Origin: an uncultured delta proteobacterium
GTDB lineage: Bacteria; Myxococcota_A; Polyangia; Palsa-1104
Assembly (NCBI GenBank): GCA_963785725.1
Contig: CAWAWS010000047.1
Span: 1-64,000, forward strand
Direction of reading: 5' to 3'
DNA: 64,000 nucleotides
Of this stretch, positions 46,896-57,204 are shown in pieces. Both the position numbers and the translations under genes were made by a program. A model generated the notes under the pieces. It was not told the DNA's origin and did no database searches. It saw nothing but the letters and a program-made list of their open reading frames with translations. Numbering within the stretch: the stretch's first letter is position 1; each line of letters begins with the position of its first letter.

Positions 46896-47543
46896 CTACT
46901 GCGGCGGCTGCACCAGCACCGACGGCTCGGAGCGCGGCGCGTAATAGGGCGCTTCGAGCCGGTCGGCGCTGATCGGCTTGGCCGTGCGCACGAACGCTTG
47001 CGGCGTCATCGGGGCATCGCCGCCGTTGCGCCCCGCCACCTCCGCCTCCGCCCGTAAACGCGCGAACCTGAGCGGCTCCATCTTCGGCAGCTGCGACGGC
47101 TGCAGCGTGTCGAGGCCGCGCGTCACCTGCACCAGCGCGTCTTGCACGCTCCACGGCGCCGCGGTCACCGCGTGCGGCGTCGGCGACGTCGCCAACGGCT
47201 CGACGAGCAGCTGACAGAGCAGCTCGGCCTGCGCAAAGATCTGCGCGCGCAGGACCCAACCCGGCGCCGGCAGCTCGACCGTTTGCGACCAGCCGTTTTT
47301 CGTCACCTCCGGCTCGTGCAGCTGTCCGACGACCGCGAGGTGATTGCTCACGATCGCGCCCAACGCTTCGATGCCCGCTTGCGCCGACGGCACGGCCGTC
47401 TGCAGCCGCGAGGTGTCGGCGATGATGCTGACGCGAATCGTCGCCGCCGGCTCGACCGCGTCGACGACTTCGGCGTCCTTGGCGTGCGCGCACCCGACGG
47501 CAGCGACAACGAATACGAACGCGACGAGCTTTGGCGTTTTCAT
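46896..47543 (-). CDS. Hypothetical lipoprotein
   Basis: MKTPKLVAFVFVVAAVGC lipobox; ATGA overlap with the upstream gene. Confidence 0.7.
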   Translation of the reverse strand: MKTPKLVAFVFVVAAVGCAHAKDAEVVDAVEPAATIRVSIIADTSRLQTAVPSAQAGIEALGAIVSNHLAVVGQLHEPEVTKNGWSQTVELPAPGWVLRAQIFAQAELLCQLLVEPLATSPTPHAVTAAPWSVQDALVQVTRGLDTLQPSQLPKMEPLRFARLRAEAEVAGRNGGDAPMTPQAFVRTAKPISADRLEAPYYAPRSEPSVLVQPPQ

Positions 47544-49535
47544 GGACGGTCGAGCTCCTTGCCGAGCGCGCGCGCCTCGGGATCGTCGGGGGACAGCTGT
47601 TGCGCCTGCTGCACGAAGCGACGAGCGGCGTTGTGGTCGGCGCGCGCTTGCGCCACGCGCGCCAAGCCCACGAGCGGCGCCGGATCGGCCGGAGCGCGCT
47701 CGTGCGCGGCGCTGAAGTCTCTGGCCGCGCCGTCGAAGTCGCCGAGCCGCAGGCGATAACGACCGGCGTTCAAGCGCGCCGTCAGCCGCTCCGGCTCGCG
47801 CTCGAGCACCTCGTCGACGAGCACGAGCGCGCCTTGCACGTCGCCTTGGCGGGCGCGCACGACGGCCAGATCGATCGCGGCCACGGCGTCGCCGGGACGA
47901 ACGGCGCGCGCGGCTTCGAACAGCGCCGCCGCGCGCACGATGTCGCCGCGCTGCAAGAACAGGCGCCCCAAGTTGCTCAGCTGCGACGACAAGAGCCGAC
48001 GCGCCGTCGGATCGCGCGCCGGCTGCAGCAGCTGCTCGATGCGCTCGGCCAGCGGACGCGCCGACGGCAGCGACGGCGGCGACGGGCGCAGCCGATAGAG
48101 CGGCACATCGGGCAACAGCGGCAACGGCGCCGGATCTTGGCCCGCTTCCCACAAGATCGCGCGGGTCGGCAGCGCTTCGTCGATGAGGTGGCGCAGCCGC
48201 GGGTCGGCGTGCAGCTCGTCGCCGCCGCGATGCAGGCGCGCCGCCGTCTCCGGCTGATCCCACACGGTCTGGCGCACGAGCACGGTCACGTCGGGGCGCG
48301 CGCCGGCGACGTTCTGCTCGTAGCTCGAGCCGGCGGCCAAGTCGTCGGACTGAAGGAGCACGAGCGCACGCGGCGGCGCCTCGTCAAGCGCGGCGTCGGC
48401 CCACGTCGACGCTTCGGGGCCGAGGCCGAATTTGCCGTCGGTGTCGGCGAGCGCGGCCGGCACGGTGACGAGCACGGCGAGCGCGCCGGCGGCCCACGGC
48501 GCCGCGCGTCCGAGCTTGCGCGCCGCGGCGAGCATGCCGGCGCCGGCGGCGATCGCCAGCGCCAACGCCGTCGGATGGCCGACTTGCAGATCGTCGATCG
48601 CCATCGGGTTGAGGCTCGCCGAATAGAGCGCGTCACCGACGAGGATGATCGCGAGGATGAGACCGAGCGGACGACGCGCCGGCGCCGCCAAAAGCCAGGC
48701 GATGCCACCGAGCGCGACCAAGATGGCGACGAGACCGAGCTGCCCTTCGGTCAGCCGCGCGAACGTCACGAGATGCGCGCCCACGTCGTGGAACATCTCG
48801 CCGGCGAAGGCGCGACGGATGCGCGCGGCGGCCAAGTGCGACATGACGCCGGCGAACGTGCGCGGGTCGGCCCAATTGGCGGCGGGCGCGCGAGCGGCGC
48901 GCAGCGGCAAGTAGCAGACGACGGCCGTGCCCAGCGCCATAGCCGTCGGCGCCACCAGCGGCCAGCGGTCTCCGCGACGCAAGCGCACGAGCGCCAACAC
49001 GATCGCCGCCGGACCGATGAGCAGCCGGACCTGCGCGTGCAGGCCGAGCGACAGGCCGCCGAGCAGCGCGAGCAGGAGGCCGGCGCGTCGATCGCCGCGC
49101 GCCGCCCGCGTCCACAAGATGAGCGCCGCCGCCAGCGCCGCCGTCGCCGTGGCATAGACTTCAGCGACGGTGGCGGCGCGAAACATCGTCAGCCCGAGCG
49201 CCGTCAACGCCGCGGCGCCGACGCCGGCCGCGACCGCCGCCGGCTCGTCGGGACCGAGGCTGACGACGGCGCGAAACGCCAGCCAGGCGGCCGTCGCCGC
49301 TGCCAAGGCCGACGCCAAATTGACGCGCAGTGGCCACTTCGCCGAGCGGGATGAACGTCAACGCCTTGACCCACAAGCACCACAGCGCAAAACCGGTCTC
49401 GTGTGCGACACCCAGCGTGAAGGCCGCCGTCGTCAGCTCGCCCGAGTCGCGCAAGTAGAGCCCGGGCGCGACCGCGGCCGTGTACAGGGCGAACGTGGCC
49501 ACGAAGACCACGCGGCCGGGCGAGAGGAGGCGCAC
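47540..49535 (-). CDS. DUF2723 / TMEM260-like GT-C membrane glycosyltransferase with C-terminal TPRs; +1 frameshift near 49331
   Basis: DSGEL..AAFTLGVAH.TG, AEVY, YLPLRA...NW.DP, RPDV; many TM helices; TPR tail. Confidence 0.8.
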
Positions 49536-49671
49536 CGCCCGCCATCGTAAGCCCAAGACTCGACTGGGGCAAACCCCGCGGTCGCCCAATTGACAGTCAA
49601 TTACACCCACGTTACGACGAACCCGCTTGACGCTGCCCCGTCGGCGCTAATCTACTGGGGGCCGCACTCTG

Positions 49672-50619
49672 ATGGACACCTATCGCGGCCATAGCTCGCT
49701 GCCTCGGCGCTTGATTGAGCCGGTGGTGGCCATTGGGAACTTCGACGGAGCGCACCTCGGCCATGCCTTCATCTTCCGCGAAGCGCGACGGCTGGCTCGG
49801 GAACGCTCGGGTGAGACGGTGATCCTGACGTTCGATCCGCATCCGGCCAAGGTGCTGGCGCCGACGTTCGCGCCGCCGCTGATTACGACCTTGCCGCGCA
49901 AGCTCGAGCTCTTGGGCGCGGCCGGCGTCGACGTCACCGTGCTCGAGCCGTTCGATCGCGCGCTGGCGGCCAAGAGCGCCGAGGAGTTCGTGCGGCAAGT
50001 GCTGGTCGAAGGCTTGGGTGCGCGCCAAGTGGTCGTCGGCTACGACTTTACGTTCGGCGCCAAACGCTCGGGCGACGTGCACACGCTGGCGACGCTGGGC
50101 CAAACGCACGGCTTCGCCGTGACGGTCGTGCCGCCGGTGAGCGTCGATGGGCTCGTCTGCTCGTCGACGAAGGTGCGCGAGTTCGTGCTCGAAGGGCGCG
50201 TCGACGGCGCCGCCCTCTTGCTCGGCCGCGATCCCGAGGTCGAAGGCGAGGTCGTGCGCGGCGCCGGTCGCGGTCGCACCATCGGCGTGCCGACGGCCAA
50301 CGTCAACAGCGAGACCGAGCTGTCGCCCAAGAACGGCGTCTACGCCGGCTGGGGCGAGCGGCTGTCCGACGGCAAACGCTGGGGCGCGGCCATCAACATC
50401 GGCACGAACCCCACCTTCGTCAGCGGCAACCAAGTGAGCATCGAAGCGCACCTCTTGGACTGCGACGAGGACTTGTACGGGCAGCGCTTGCGGCTCGGCT
50501 TCACCGAGCGGCTACGCGACGAAAAGCGGTACAACTCGCGCGACGAGCTCGTGGCGCAGATCGGCCGCGACATCGAACAGGCGCGTGCCAATTGGTCGGC
50601 GCGCCCTAGGACGGGATGA
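49672..50619 (+). CDS. ribF: Bifunctional riboflavin kinase / FAD synthetase
   Basis: IGNFDGAHLGH, TFDPHP, VGYDFTFG, SSTKVR, GRTIGVPTAN, GVY, NIGTNPT, EAH. Confidence 0.96.
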   Translation: MDTYRGHSSLPRRLIEPVVAIGNFDGAHLGHAFIFREARRLARERSGETVILTFDPHPAKVLAPTFAPPLITTLPRKLELLGAAGVDVTVLEPFDRALAAKSAEEFVRQVLVEGLGARQVVVGYDFTFGAKRSGDVHTLATLGQTHGFAVTVVPPVSVDGLVCSSTKVREFVLEGRVDGAALLLGRDPEVEGEVVRGAGRGRTIGVPTANVNSETELSPKNGVYAGWGERLSDGKRWGAAINIGTNPTFVSGNQVSIEAHLLDCDEDLYGQRLRLGFTERLRDEKRYNSRDELVAQIGRDIEQARANWSARPRTG

Positions 50620-51725
50620 TGGATCGAGAACAGCTCGGCAAGTTGAAGCTGGAAGCGCTGCGGACGCTGGCGGCGGAGCGTGGCCTCGACGGCGCGCACC
50701 GGCTGGGCAAGGCGGAGCTGCTCGACCATTTGGCGCCGCTGACCGCTCCACAAACGCCGCCGACCGCTCCACAGACGATCGTGACGCGCGCGACGGAGGC
50801 GGTCACCCACGCGGTGGCGGCGGTCGAGCGCGAAGCCGCCGGGGTCGTCGCCATCGTCGAGAGCCAGGCGCACACGGTCGCCGCGCGGGCGGCGGACATC
50901 GTCGCCGCCGTCGGGCAACAGGCGCACAAGGCCGCCGAGAACGCCGCCGACATCGTCGCTGACATCGAGCACACGGCGCAGGATCTGGCGCAGCGCGTGC
51001 GCCATCATGTCGTCGACGCGCCCAAAGCCAAGAGCGGCAACGGCTTCGGCGTGCCGTCGGCGACGGTGCATCCGCAGCCGCAGCCGCAACCGCCGACGGT
51101 GTCGGAGCCCATCGGCATGCTCGACTTCGAAGAGCTGCCCGAGAGCTACGGCGTCGACGAGTGCGAAGTCCTCTATAAAGATCCCTTTTGGGTCTTCGCT
51201 TATTGGGAAGTCACCGACGGCGGCTTGGCGGCGGCGCGGGCACAGCTCGGGCTGTCTGCCGACGGCGCGCGCCTCGTCTTGCGCCTGTTTACGACGGTGC
51301 CCAAGCCCGAAGGCGTCGATCGTCAGCTGCACGACGTCGAGCTGCCGAGCCATCACGGGCGCCGCTACTTGCAGGCGCCGCGGCCGGGCGCGCATCTGCG
51401 CGTCGCCGTCGGGCTCTTGTCGCGCGAAGGCTATTTCGCGCCGATCGCGCACTCGTCGCTGGTGCGCGTGCCGCCGGCCGAGCCGCAGCCGGGCCCGGTC
51501 GAGTGGATGGAGGTCGTGCCGGCGCGCACGCGCGGTCGCGTCCGCGAGCCCATCGTCATCGTCCGTCGCGGCGCCGAGCACGCCGAGCGCGGCGTCAAAG
51601 ACGTGCACGCGCCGCTGACGACCGAGACCGGCGCCGGCACGTCACCGACCGCGACGCGCCCCGGTCAGCCGGGCTGGCCGTTCGCCGGCTCTTCCTCGTC
51701 GTCGCCCAGCCGCGGGACCCGCTGA
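50616..51725 (+). CDS. DUF4912 protein with a Rho-N-like N-terminal motif and amphipathic repeats
   Basis: LEALRTLAAERGL...LGKAELL; ELPESYG...KDPFWVFAYWEV; upstream of GH57. Confidence 0.8.
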   Translation: MMDREQLGKLKLEALRTLAAERGLDGAHRLGKAELLDHLAPLTAPQTPPTAPQTIVTRATEAVTHAVAAVEREAAGVVAIVESQAHTVAARAADIVAAVGQQAHKAAENAADIVADIEHTAQDLAQRVRHHVVDAPKAKSGNGFGVPSATVHPQPQPQPPTVSEPIGMLDFEELPESYGVDECEVLYKDPFWVFAYWEVTDGGLAAARAQLGLSADGARLVLRLFTTVPKPEGVDRQLHDVELPSHHGRRYLQAPRPGAHLRVAVGLLSREGYFAPIAHSSLVRVPPAEPQPGPVEWMEVVPARTRGRVREPIVIVRRGAEHAERGVKDVHAPLTTETGAGTSPTATRPGQPGWPFAGSSSSSPSRGTR

Positions 51726-53314
51726 TGTCGATCGGCGATCTAGCGCTGGTGCTGCACGCGCATCTGCCCTTCATCCGGCATCCCGAGCATCGCTTTCACC
51801 TCGAGGAGCATTGGCTCTACGAAGCGACCACGGCGACGTATCTGCCGCTGCTCGACGTCTTTCGCGGCCTGGCGCGCGACGGCGTGCCCTATCCGCATGA
51901 CGATGTCGATGTCGCCGCCCTTGTGCACCATGCTGCGCGACGATCTCTTGAAGACGCGCACCGCGGCCTATCTCGACAAGCTGCTGCGCCTCGGTCACGA
52001 AGAGCTGCGCCGCACGCAAGGCGATCCCACGTTCCACAAGCTGGCCGGCTTCTATCTCGATCGTTTCACGCGCCTAAAGGCGCTCTACGACGACATTCGC
52101 GGCGACGTCGTCGGCGCCTTCCGCCAGCTGCAAGACGACGGCATGCTCGAGATCATCACCGTCGGCGCCACGCACGGCTACTTGCCGGTCATTCGCGAGC
52201 CGACGGCGCGACGCGCGCAAGATGCAGGTCGCGTGCGAGAGCTATCAGCGCATGTTCGGGCGCTGGCCGCGCGGCATCTGGCTGCCCGAGTGCGGCTACA
52301 CCGAAGGGCTCGACACCATCTTGGCCGACGCCGGGCTGCGCTACTTCTTCGTCGACGCGCACGGCCTCATGAACGCGCGCCCGCAGCCGCCGCTCGGCAT
52401 CCACGCGCCGGTGTTCTGCAGGACCGGCGTGGCCGCGTTCGGCCGCGATCTCGAGTCGTCGAAGCAGGTCTGGTCGTCCAAAGAGGGCTATCCCGGCGAC
52501 GGCGTCTATCGCGACTTCTACCGCGACATCGGCTTCGATCGGCCGCTCGACTACATCGGACCGTACGTTCACCCCGACGGTATCCGCGTCAACACCGGCT
52601 ACAAATACTTCCGCGTCACCGGCGCCGACGTCGATCTGTCGGGCAAGCAGCCGTACGACCCGGACGCCGCCCGCGATCGCGCCGGCGCAGCACGCCGGAA
52701 ACTTCATGTTCAATCGCGAAAAGCAGGTGGAGCACCTGGCGAAGAACATGGATCGGCGCCCGCTCATCATCTCGCCCTACGACGCCGAGCTCTACGGCCA
52801 CTGGTGGTTCGAAGGCCCGTGGTTCCTCGATTTTCTCGCGCGCAAAATAGCCTTCGATCAGTCGACGATTCGGCTGGCGACGTGCGGCGAATATCTCGAG
52901 GAGAACCCGACCAACGCCGTGGCCGAGCCGTCGCCGTCGTCGTGGGGTGACGGCGGCTATTCGAGCGTCTGGGTCGACGACTCCAACGACTGGATCTATC
53001 GCCACGTGCATCGCGCCGAAGCCCGCATGCACGACCTGGCCCGTCGCTGGAAGGACGGCGCCGACGACATCACGCGGCGCGCGCTCAATCAGGCCGCGCG
53101 CGAGCTCCTGTTGGCGCAGTCGTCCGATTGGGCCTTCATCATGAAGACGGCGACGACGGTGAAATACGCCTGCGATCGCGTCAAGACGCACCTGGCGCGC
53201 TTTCGCCGGCTCGACCGCGAGCTCAACGCCGGCTTCATCGACGCCGCCTGGCTCGGCGACGTCGAGTCGCGCGACAACATCTTCCCCGAGCTCGATTACC
53301 GCGCTTATTCGTAA
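51725..53314 (+). CDS. GH57 (DUF1957) 1,4-alpha-glucan branching enzyme; three +1 frameshifts near 51893, 52220 and 52688
   Basis: LHAHLPF, EA...TYLPL, ATHGYLP, GIWLPEC, YRDFYRD, PYDAELYGHWWFEG, LLAQSSDWAF. Confidence 0.9.
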
Positions 53315-53324
53315 TTCGAAAACG

Positions 53325-54020
53325 TCATTCTAAATCGTCGTTCAAGAATTCGTTTTCCTGCTCGCTGAATTCGGCGTCGGCGGCGCGGCGACGGTGGCGA
53401 CGGCGCATCCATAACGCGACGACCGCCAGCAAGATGAAGCCGTGCAGGCCGGCGGCGACGGTCACGAGCGCCACCCACAACACGCCGGGGCGCTTGCCTT
53501 TGGCGAGGACGGGCAGCTCGCTCGCGCCCTTTCCGACGGCGAGCGCGGCCGCGCTCGCTTGGTGGCGCGCCGAGTGGAAGCCGATGACGCCGTCGACGAT
53601 CGCCGGCACCGGCGGCGGCGCCACCCGGCGCTGATAGACGCGGCCGATGGTGTTGTCGAGGCCGTCGTCGTCTTGGATGAGCGCGTAAAGGCGGCGCGGC
53701 GCGCGCTCCTCGTCGCAGTCGTCGGCGGCGGAGAGCGGCGTGTAGACCAAATCCTCGTCGGAGGCGCCGGCGACGGTGGTGCCCAGCTTGTAGGCGTCGC
53801 CGTGGCGCGTGACGCCGACGGCCAGCTCGTGGCGCACGCAGCCGACGACGGCGACGAGGCCGCTCACCTTGGCGGGCAGCTCGACGGCGGCGAAGTCGCG
53901 CCGCGGTCCCGACCAGACGAGCCGCGCGTCCTCGAGGCCGGCGTAGACGAGGAAGCTCGAGGCGGCGACGAGGATCGAGCCGAGGAAGACGAAGAGCAAG
54001 CGGGCGCGCGACACGATCAT
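53325..54020 (-). CDS. Hypothetical membrane protein (2 TM)
   Basis: N- and C-terminal TM helices flanking a soluble domain; alternative GTG start at 54014. Confidence 0.68.
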   Translation of the reverse strand: MIVSRARLLFVFLGSILVAASSFLVYAGLEDARLVWSGPRRDFAAVELPAKVSGLVAVVGCVRHELAVGVTRHGDAYKLGTTVAGASDEDLVYTPLSAADDCDEERAPRRLYALIQDDDGLDNTIGRVYQRRVAPPPVPAIVDGVIGFHSARHQASAAALAVGKGASELPVLAKGKRPGVLWVALVTVAAGLHGFILLAVVALWMRRRHRRRAADAEFSEQENEFLNDDLE

Positions 54021-54051
54021 GAGCTTACGCCGACCGCAGCCGCGGCGCACC

Positions 54052-54645
54052 TCAGCGCGACTTGCGACGCGGCACGGCCAGGTCGGACACGGGCGCGTAC
54101 GGCAGCTCGACGCCGGCGCGCGCGGCCTTCAACAGCTGCGAGCCGCGGCTCATATCGCCGAGACCGACGAAATCGCGCGGATAATGCAGCCGCTCACCGA
54201 AGATCGAGGTCAGGACGGCCAGATACTTCGGCGACGCCAGCGAGCCCAGCAAAACGACCGACGTGCCGTCGAGCTTCTTCGCCAGCGCCTGGGCGTCGCG
54301 CGTCAGCGGCGCGTGATAGCGCGCGTCGTCGGCATCGATGTCGACCGCGCCGAGATCGAGGAGCGCGCGCTTGTCCAGGCGCGTATCGACGGTCACCAGG
54401 CCGCGGTTCGACGTGATGACGTAAGCGCCGGCGATGCCGGCGGGTGCGCGCGCGAACGCCGCGGCATAGGTGATCTTGCCGCGGAAATAGAGGCCCGACA
54501 AGAAGGCGAAGATCTCGCCGACGGGCGCGCCGCCGTCGCTGCGTACGCGCGTCGCCAGGTCGAAGGTGGCCTCGTCGCGCAAGAGGATCTGCGCGCGCTT
54601 GCCGCCGAGATGCGCGGGCGACAGGAGAAAAATCTGCGGCTGCAT
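54052..54645 (-). CDS. Conserved-looking hypothetical protein, weakly YaaA/DUF6884-like
   Basis: IFLLSPA, FLSGLYFRGK, YVITSNRGLV, LLGS...KY, GDMSRG; globular composition. Confidence 0.65.
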   Translation of the reverse strand: MQPQIFLLSPAHLGGKRAQILLRDEATFDLATRVRSDGGAPVGEIFAFLSGLYFRGKITYAAAFARAPAGIAGAYVITSNRGLVTVDTRLDKRALLDLGAVDIDADDARYHAPLTRDAQALAKKLDGTSVVLLGSLASPKYLAVLTSIFGERLHYPRDFVGLGDMSRGSQLLKAARAGVELPYAPVSDLAVPRRKSR

Positions 54646-54824
54646 GACGTTCGCAAAGCATACGCGATGCGGCGCAGACGACTTACACCTACCTCTTTGC
54701 CAGACGGGCACCGCATGCACATGAGGCCGCGTCAAATTGGCGCGGGTTTGCACAGCGAGCCCGGGCGTTCGCGACGTGAGCCACACACGACGGCGGGCAC
54801 GCTGCGTGCAGTCAGACTCAAGCG

Positions 54825-55259
54825 ATGGCCGAGACGACGCAGACAGTCGAATGGACCGATCTTCCGCCGACGCCTCGACTGGCGCGCCCGCCCCGCGTGC
54901 TGCTCGTCGACGATGAGGAGGACTTTCTCGAGCTGATGAAGGAGATTCTCGAAGGCGCCGGCTTCACGGTCGAGTGTGCGCGAGCGGCGGGCGAGGCCGT
55001 GGCGCGCGCCGTGGCCAATCCGCCCGACGTCATCCTGCTCGACATCTTGCTGCCGGGTTGTGACGGGCTCGAGATCCTGGAGACGCTGCGCAACGAGCCG
55101 GAGACGAGCGACGTGCCGGTGTTGGCGTGCACGGCGCTCGGCCAGCGCGACTCGGGTCCGCTGTTGGTGCAGGCGGGCTTCGACGGGCTCGTGTCCAAGC
55201 CCATCAACTGGCACGACCTCGAGCGGCTGTTGACGGCGGTCATCAACGCGCACGGCTGA
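54825..55259 (+). CDS. Single-domain response regulator
   Basis: VLLVDDE, LLDILLPGCDG, ACTA, SKP. Confidence 0.9.
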   Translation: MAETTQTVEWTDLPPTPRLARPPRVLLVDDEEDFLELMKEILEGAGFTVECARAAGEAVARAVANPPDVILLDILLPGCDGLEILETLRNEPETSDVPVLACTALGQRDSGPLLVQAGFDGLVSKPINWHDLERLLTAVINAHG

Positions 55260-55383
55260 CGCTCGCCCGCGGGCGGCGCGCGCTCGCAGCCGCTAGATAG
55301 CCGATCGTAATTCGCGATAGGCCGCGACTTTCGAGCGCGCGAAGCTCGCGTCGGCGCGGAGTCGCGCCGAGCGCAGGGAGAGG

Positions 55384-55410
55384 CCCCGAATGGGCTTTGC
55401 CCGTTCGGGG
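55384..55410. terminator. Hairpin between convergent genes (terminator or palindromic repeat)
   Basis: CCCCGAATGGGC-TTT-GCCCGTTCGGGG, a 12-bp stem with one G-U pair. Confidence 0.5.
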
Positions 55411-55428
55411 AGGGCGGCACGCCCTGAT

Positions 55429-56199
55429 TTAGCGAAACGGCAGCGCGTGCTCGACGACGCGCGGCCCCTTGGTGCGGTGGCGCCCGACTTGGGTCAGCCG
55501 CAGCCGACCGTCGGGCAACAAGAGATCGATCGCATAGTTGTCCCACTTGCTCGGCGGCAGCTTCTTGCCCGCGTCGGCGACGTCGTCGCAGCGCTTGAGG
55601 TAACCGACGTCGTAGGAGATCGTCGACAGCTGGTTCGACGGACCGACGCCGTAGAGCATGAGCGAATCGCCGCAATCGACGTCCTCGAGACCTGCGCGCC
55701 GCACGCTGCGCTGGCGCACGCGGCCGACGACGCCGCGGCCGGTCGTGGTCGCCGTCGGCTGCGCGGCGACGAGCAGGTCACGGACGCGCGATTCGTAGCC
55801 GTTGCCGTCGTCGTCATGCCAGACGGACGGCTGAAAGTCCGAGTCCTCGTCGACGAACCAGCCGCTCGCCGTGCGCCACGCGAGCAGACACGCCGGTCGG
55901 CTCTCGCCTTTGCCTTCGACGAGCTGGAGCACCTTGGCCTCGACGAGGACGCCGCCGGCGAGCGGCGCAAAATGTGGATCGTCGCAGGTGGGCGAGTCCT
56001 CGCTGCCGTTGTCGCCAGGCTTGGGCGGGCGCGCACACGTGCGGCCGGTCTCGCCCTCGAAGTCGTGGGTCGGCACGACTCTGCAATAGGCCTCGAGGCT
56101 GGCGAACGGACCAACGAGCGGCCGCGCGTCCATGTCGCTCTCCGTCGCTGCCGCCGCTGTCGATAAAAACAAAACGAAGAGTGCGAGCCCGCGCCGCAT
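55429..56199 (-). CDS. Hypothetical secreted Cys-containing protein
   Basis: Signal peptide MRRGLALFVLFLSTAAAA; six Cys; TAGGAT 6 nt upstream. Confidence 0.68.
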   Translation of the reverse strand: MRRGLALFVLFLSTAAAATESDMDARPLVGPFASLEAYCRVVPTHDFEGETGRTCARPPKPGDNGSEDSPTCDDPHFAPLAGGVLVEAKVLQLVEGKGESRPACLLAWRTASGWFVDEDSDFQPSVWHDDDGNGYESRVRDLLVAAQPTATTTGRGVVGRVRQRSVRRAGLEDVDCGDSLMLYGVGPSNQLSTISYDVGYLKRCDDVADAGKKLPPSKWDNYAIDLLLPDGRLRLTQVGRHRTKGPRVVEHALPFR

Positions 56200-56325
56200 G
56201 ACCCCATCCTACGATCGGACGGCCGCCGGGCGCGTGTGCCCAGCGCACAGCGCGGACGCAGCGTGGCGAATGAACTACCGATTGACGCCATGGCTGGCGA
56301 GGGACAGCTATGTTAGCGTCGCTGC

Positions 56326-57204
56326 ATGTTCGTAGGAGCGATGACCGCGCTCGTGACGCCGATGCGCGACGGGCAAGTGGACGAGCCGGCGCTGCGGTCG
56401 CTGGTCGAGTGGCAGATCGCCGAGGGAATCGACGGGCTGATTCCGTGCGGCACGACGGGCGAGTCGGCGACGCTGACGGCGGCCGAGCACGCGCGCGTCA
56501 TCAAGATCGTCGTCGAGGCGGCCAAGAAGCGCGTGCCCATCATCGCCGGCGCCGGGTCGAACTCGACGGCGGAGGCGATCGCGCTCTCGACGCATGCGCG
56601 CGAAGCCGGCGCCGACGCGCTCTTGCACATCACGCCCTACTATAATCGGCCGACGCAGGAGGGTCTGTTCCTGCATTTTACGGCGATCGCGGCGGCGACG
56701 AAGCTGCCTATCGTGCTCTACAACGTGCCGGCGCGGACGGGCTGCGACCTCTTGCCGGAGACGATCGAGCGGCTGGCCCAGGCGTCGCCGCAGTTCGTCG
56801 GCGTCAAAGAGGCGACGGGTACGGCGCAACGCACGCAGCAGATCCTGGCGCGGCTCGGGGAGCGGCTGACGATTCTCTCGGGCGACGACGCCATCAACTT
56901 GCCGCTCTACGCCGTCGGCGCGCGCGGCTGCATCAGCGTCGTCAGCAACGTCGCGCCGCAGCTGGTGGCGCGCACGTGGGACGCCTGGAGCGCGCGCGAC
57001 GTCGACCGGGCGCGGGCGCTGCACTACGAGTCGCTGCCGCTGGCCGAGGCGCTGTTTTGGGAGGCGAGCCCGATTCCGTCGAAGGCGGCGCTGGCGATGA
57101 TGGGCAAGCTGACCAACGACCTTCGCCTGCCGCTGCATCCGCTGACCGACGCGCCGAAGGCCAAGCTGCGCGCGCTGTTGGAGAAGATGGGTCTCATCGC
57201 GTGA
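56326..57204 (+). CDS. dapA: 4-hydroxy-tetrahydrodipicolinate synthase
   Basis: TALVTP, GTTGES, PYYNRP, LYNVP.RTG, VKEA, SGDD. Confidence 0.96.
   Translation: MFVGAMTALVTPMRDGQVDEPALRSLVEWQIAEGIDGLIPCGTTGESATLTAAEHARVIKIVVEAAKKRVPIIAGAGSNSTAEAIALSTHAREAGADALLHITPYYNRPTQEGLFLHFTAIAAATKLPIVLYNVPARTGCDLLPETIERLAQASPQFVGVKEATGTAQRTQQILARLGERLTILSGDDAINLPLYAVGARGCISVVSNVAPQLVARTWDAWSARDVDRARALHYESLPLAEALFWEASPIPSKAALAMMGKLTNDLRLPLHPLTDAPKAKLRALLEKMGLIA

Noticed and set aside
54737..54752. Sigma-54 promoter-like TTGGCGCGGGTTTGCA upstream of the response regulator
   Set aside because: GG-to-GC spacing is 9 nt rather than the strict 10. It would fit only if a base were lost in sequencing.
56282..56314. 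TTGACG...TATGTT promoter for dapA
   Set aside because: Spacing is 21 nt, which is too long; a -10-only leaderless arrangement fits better.
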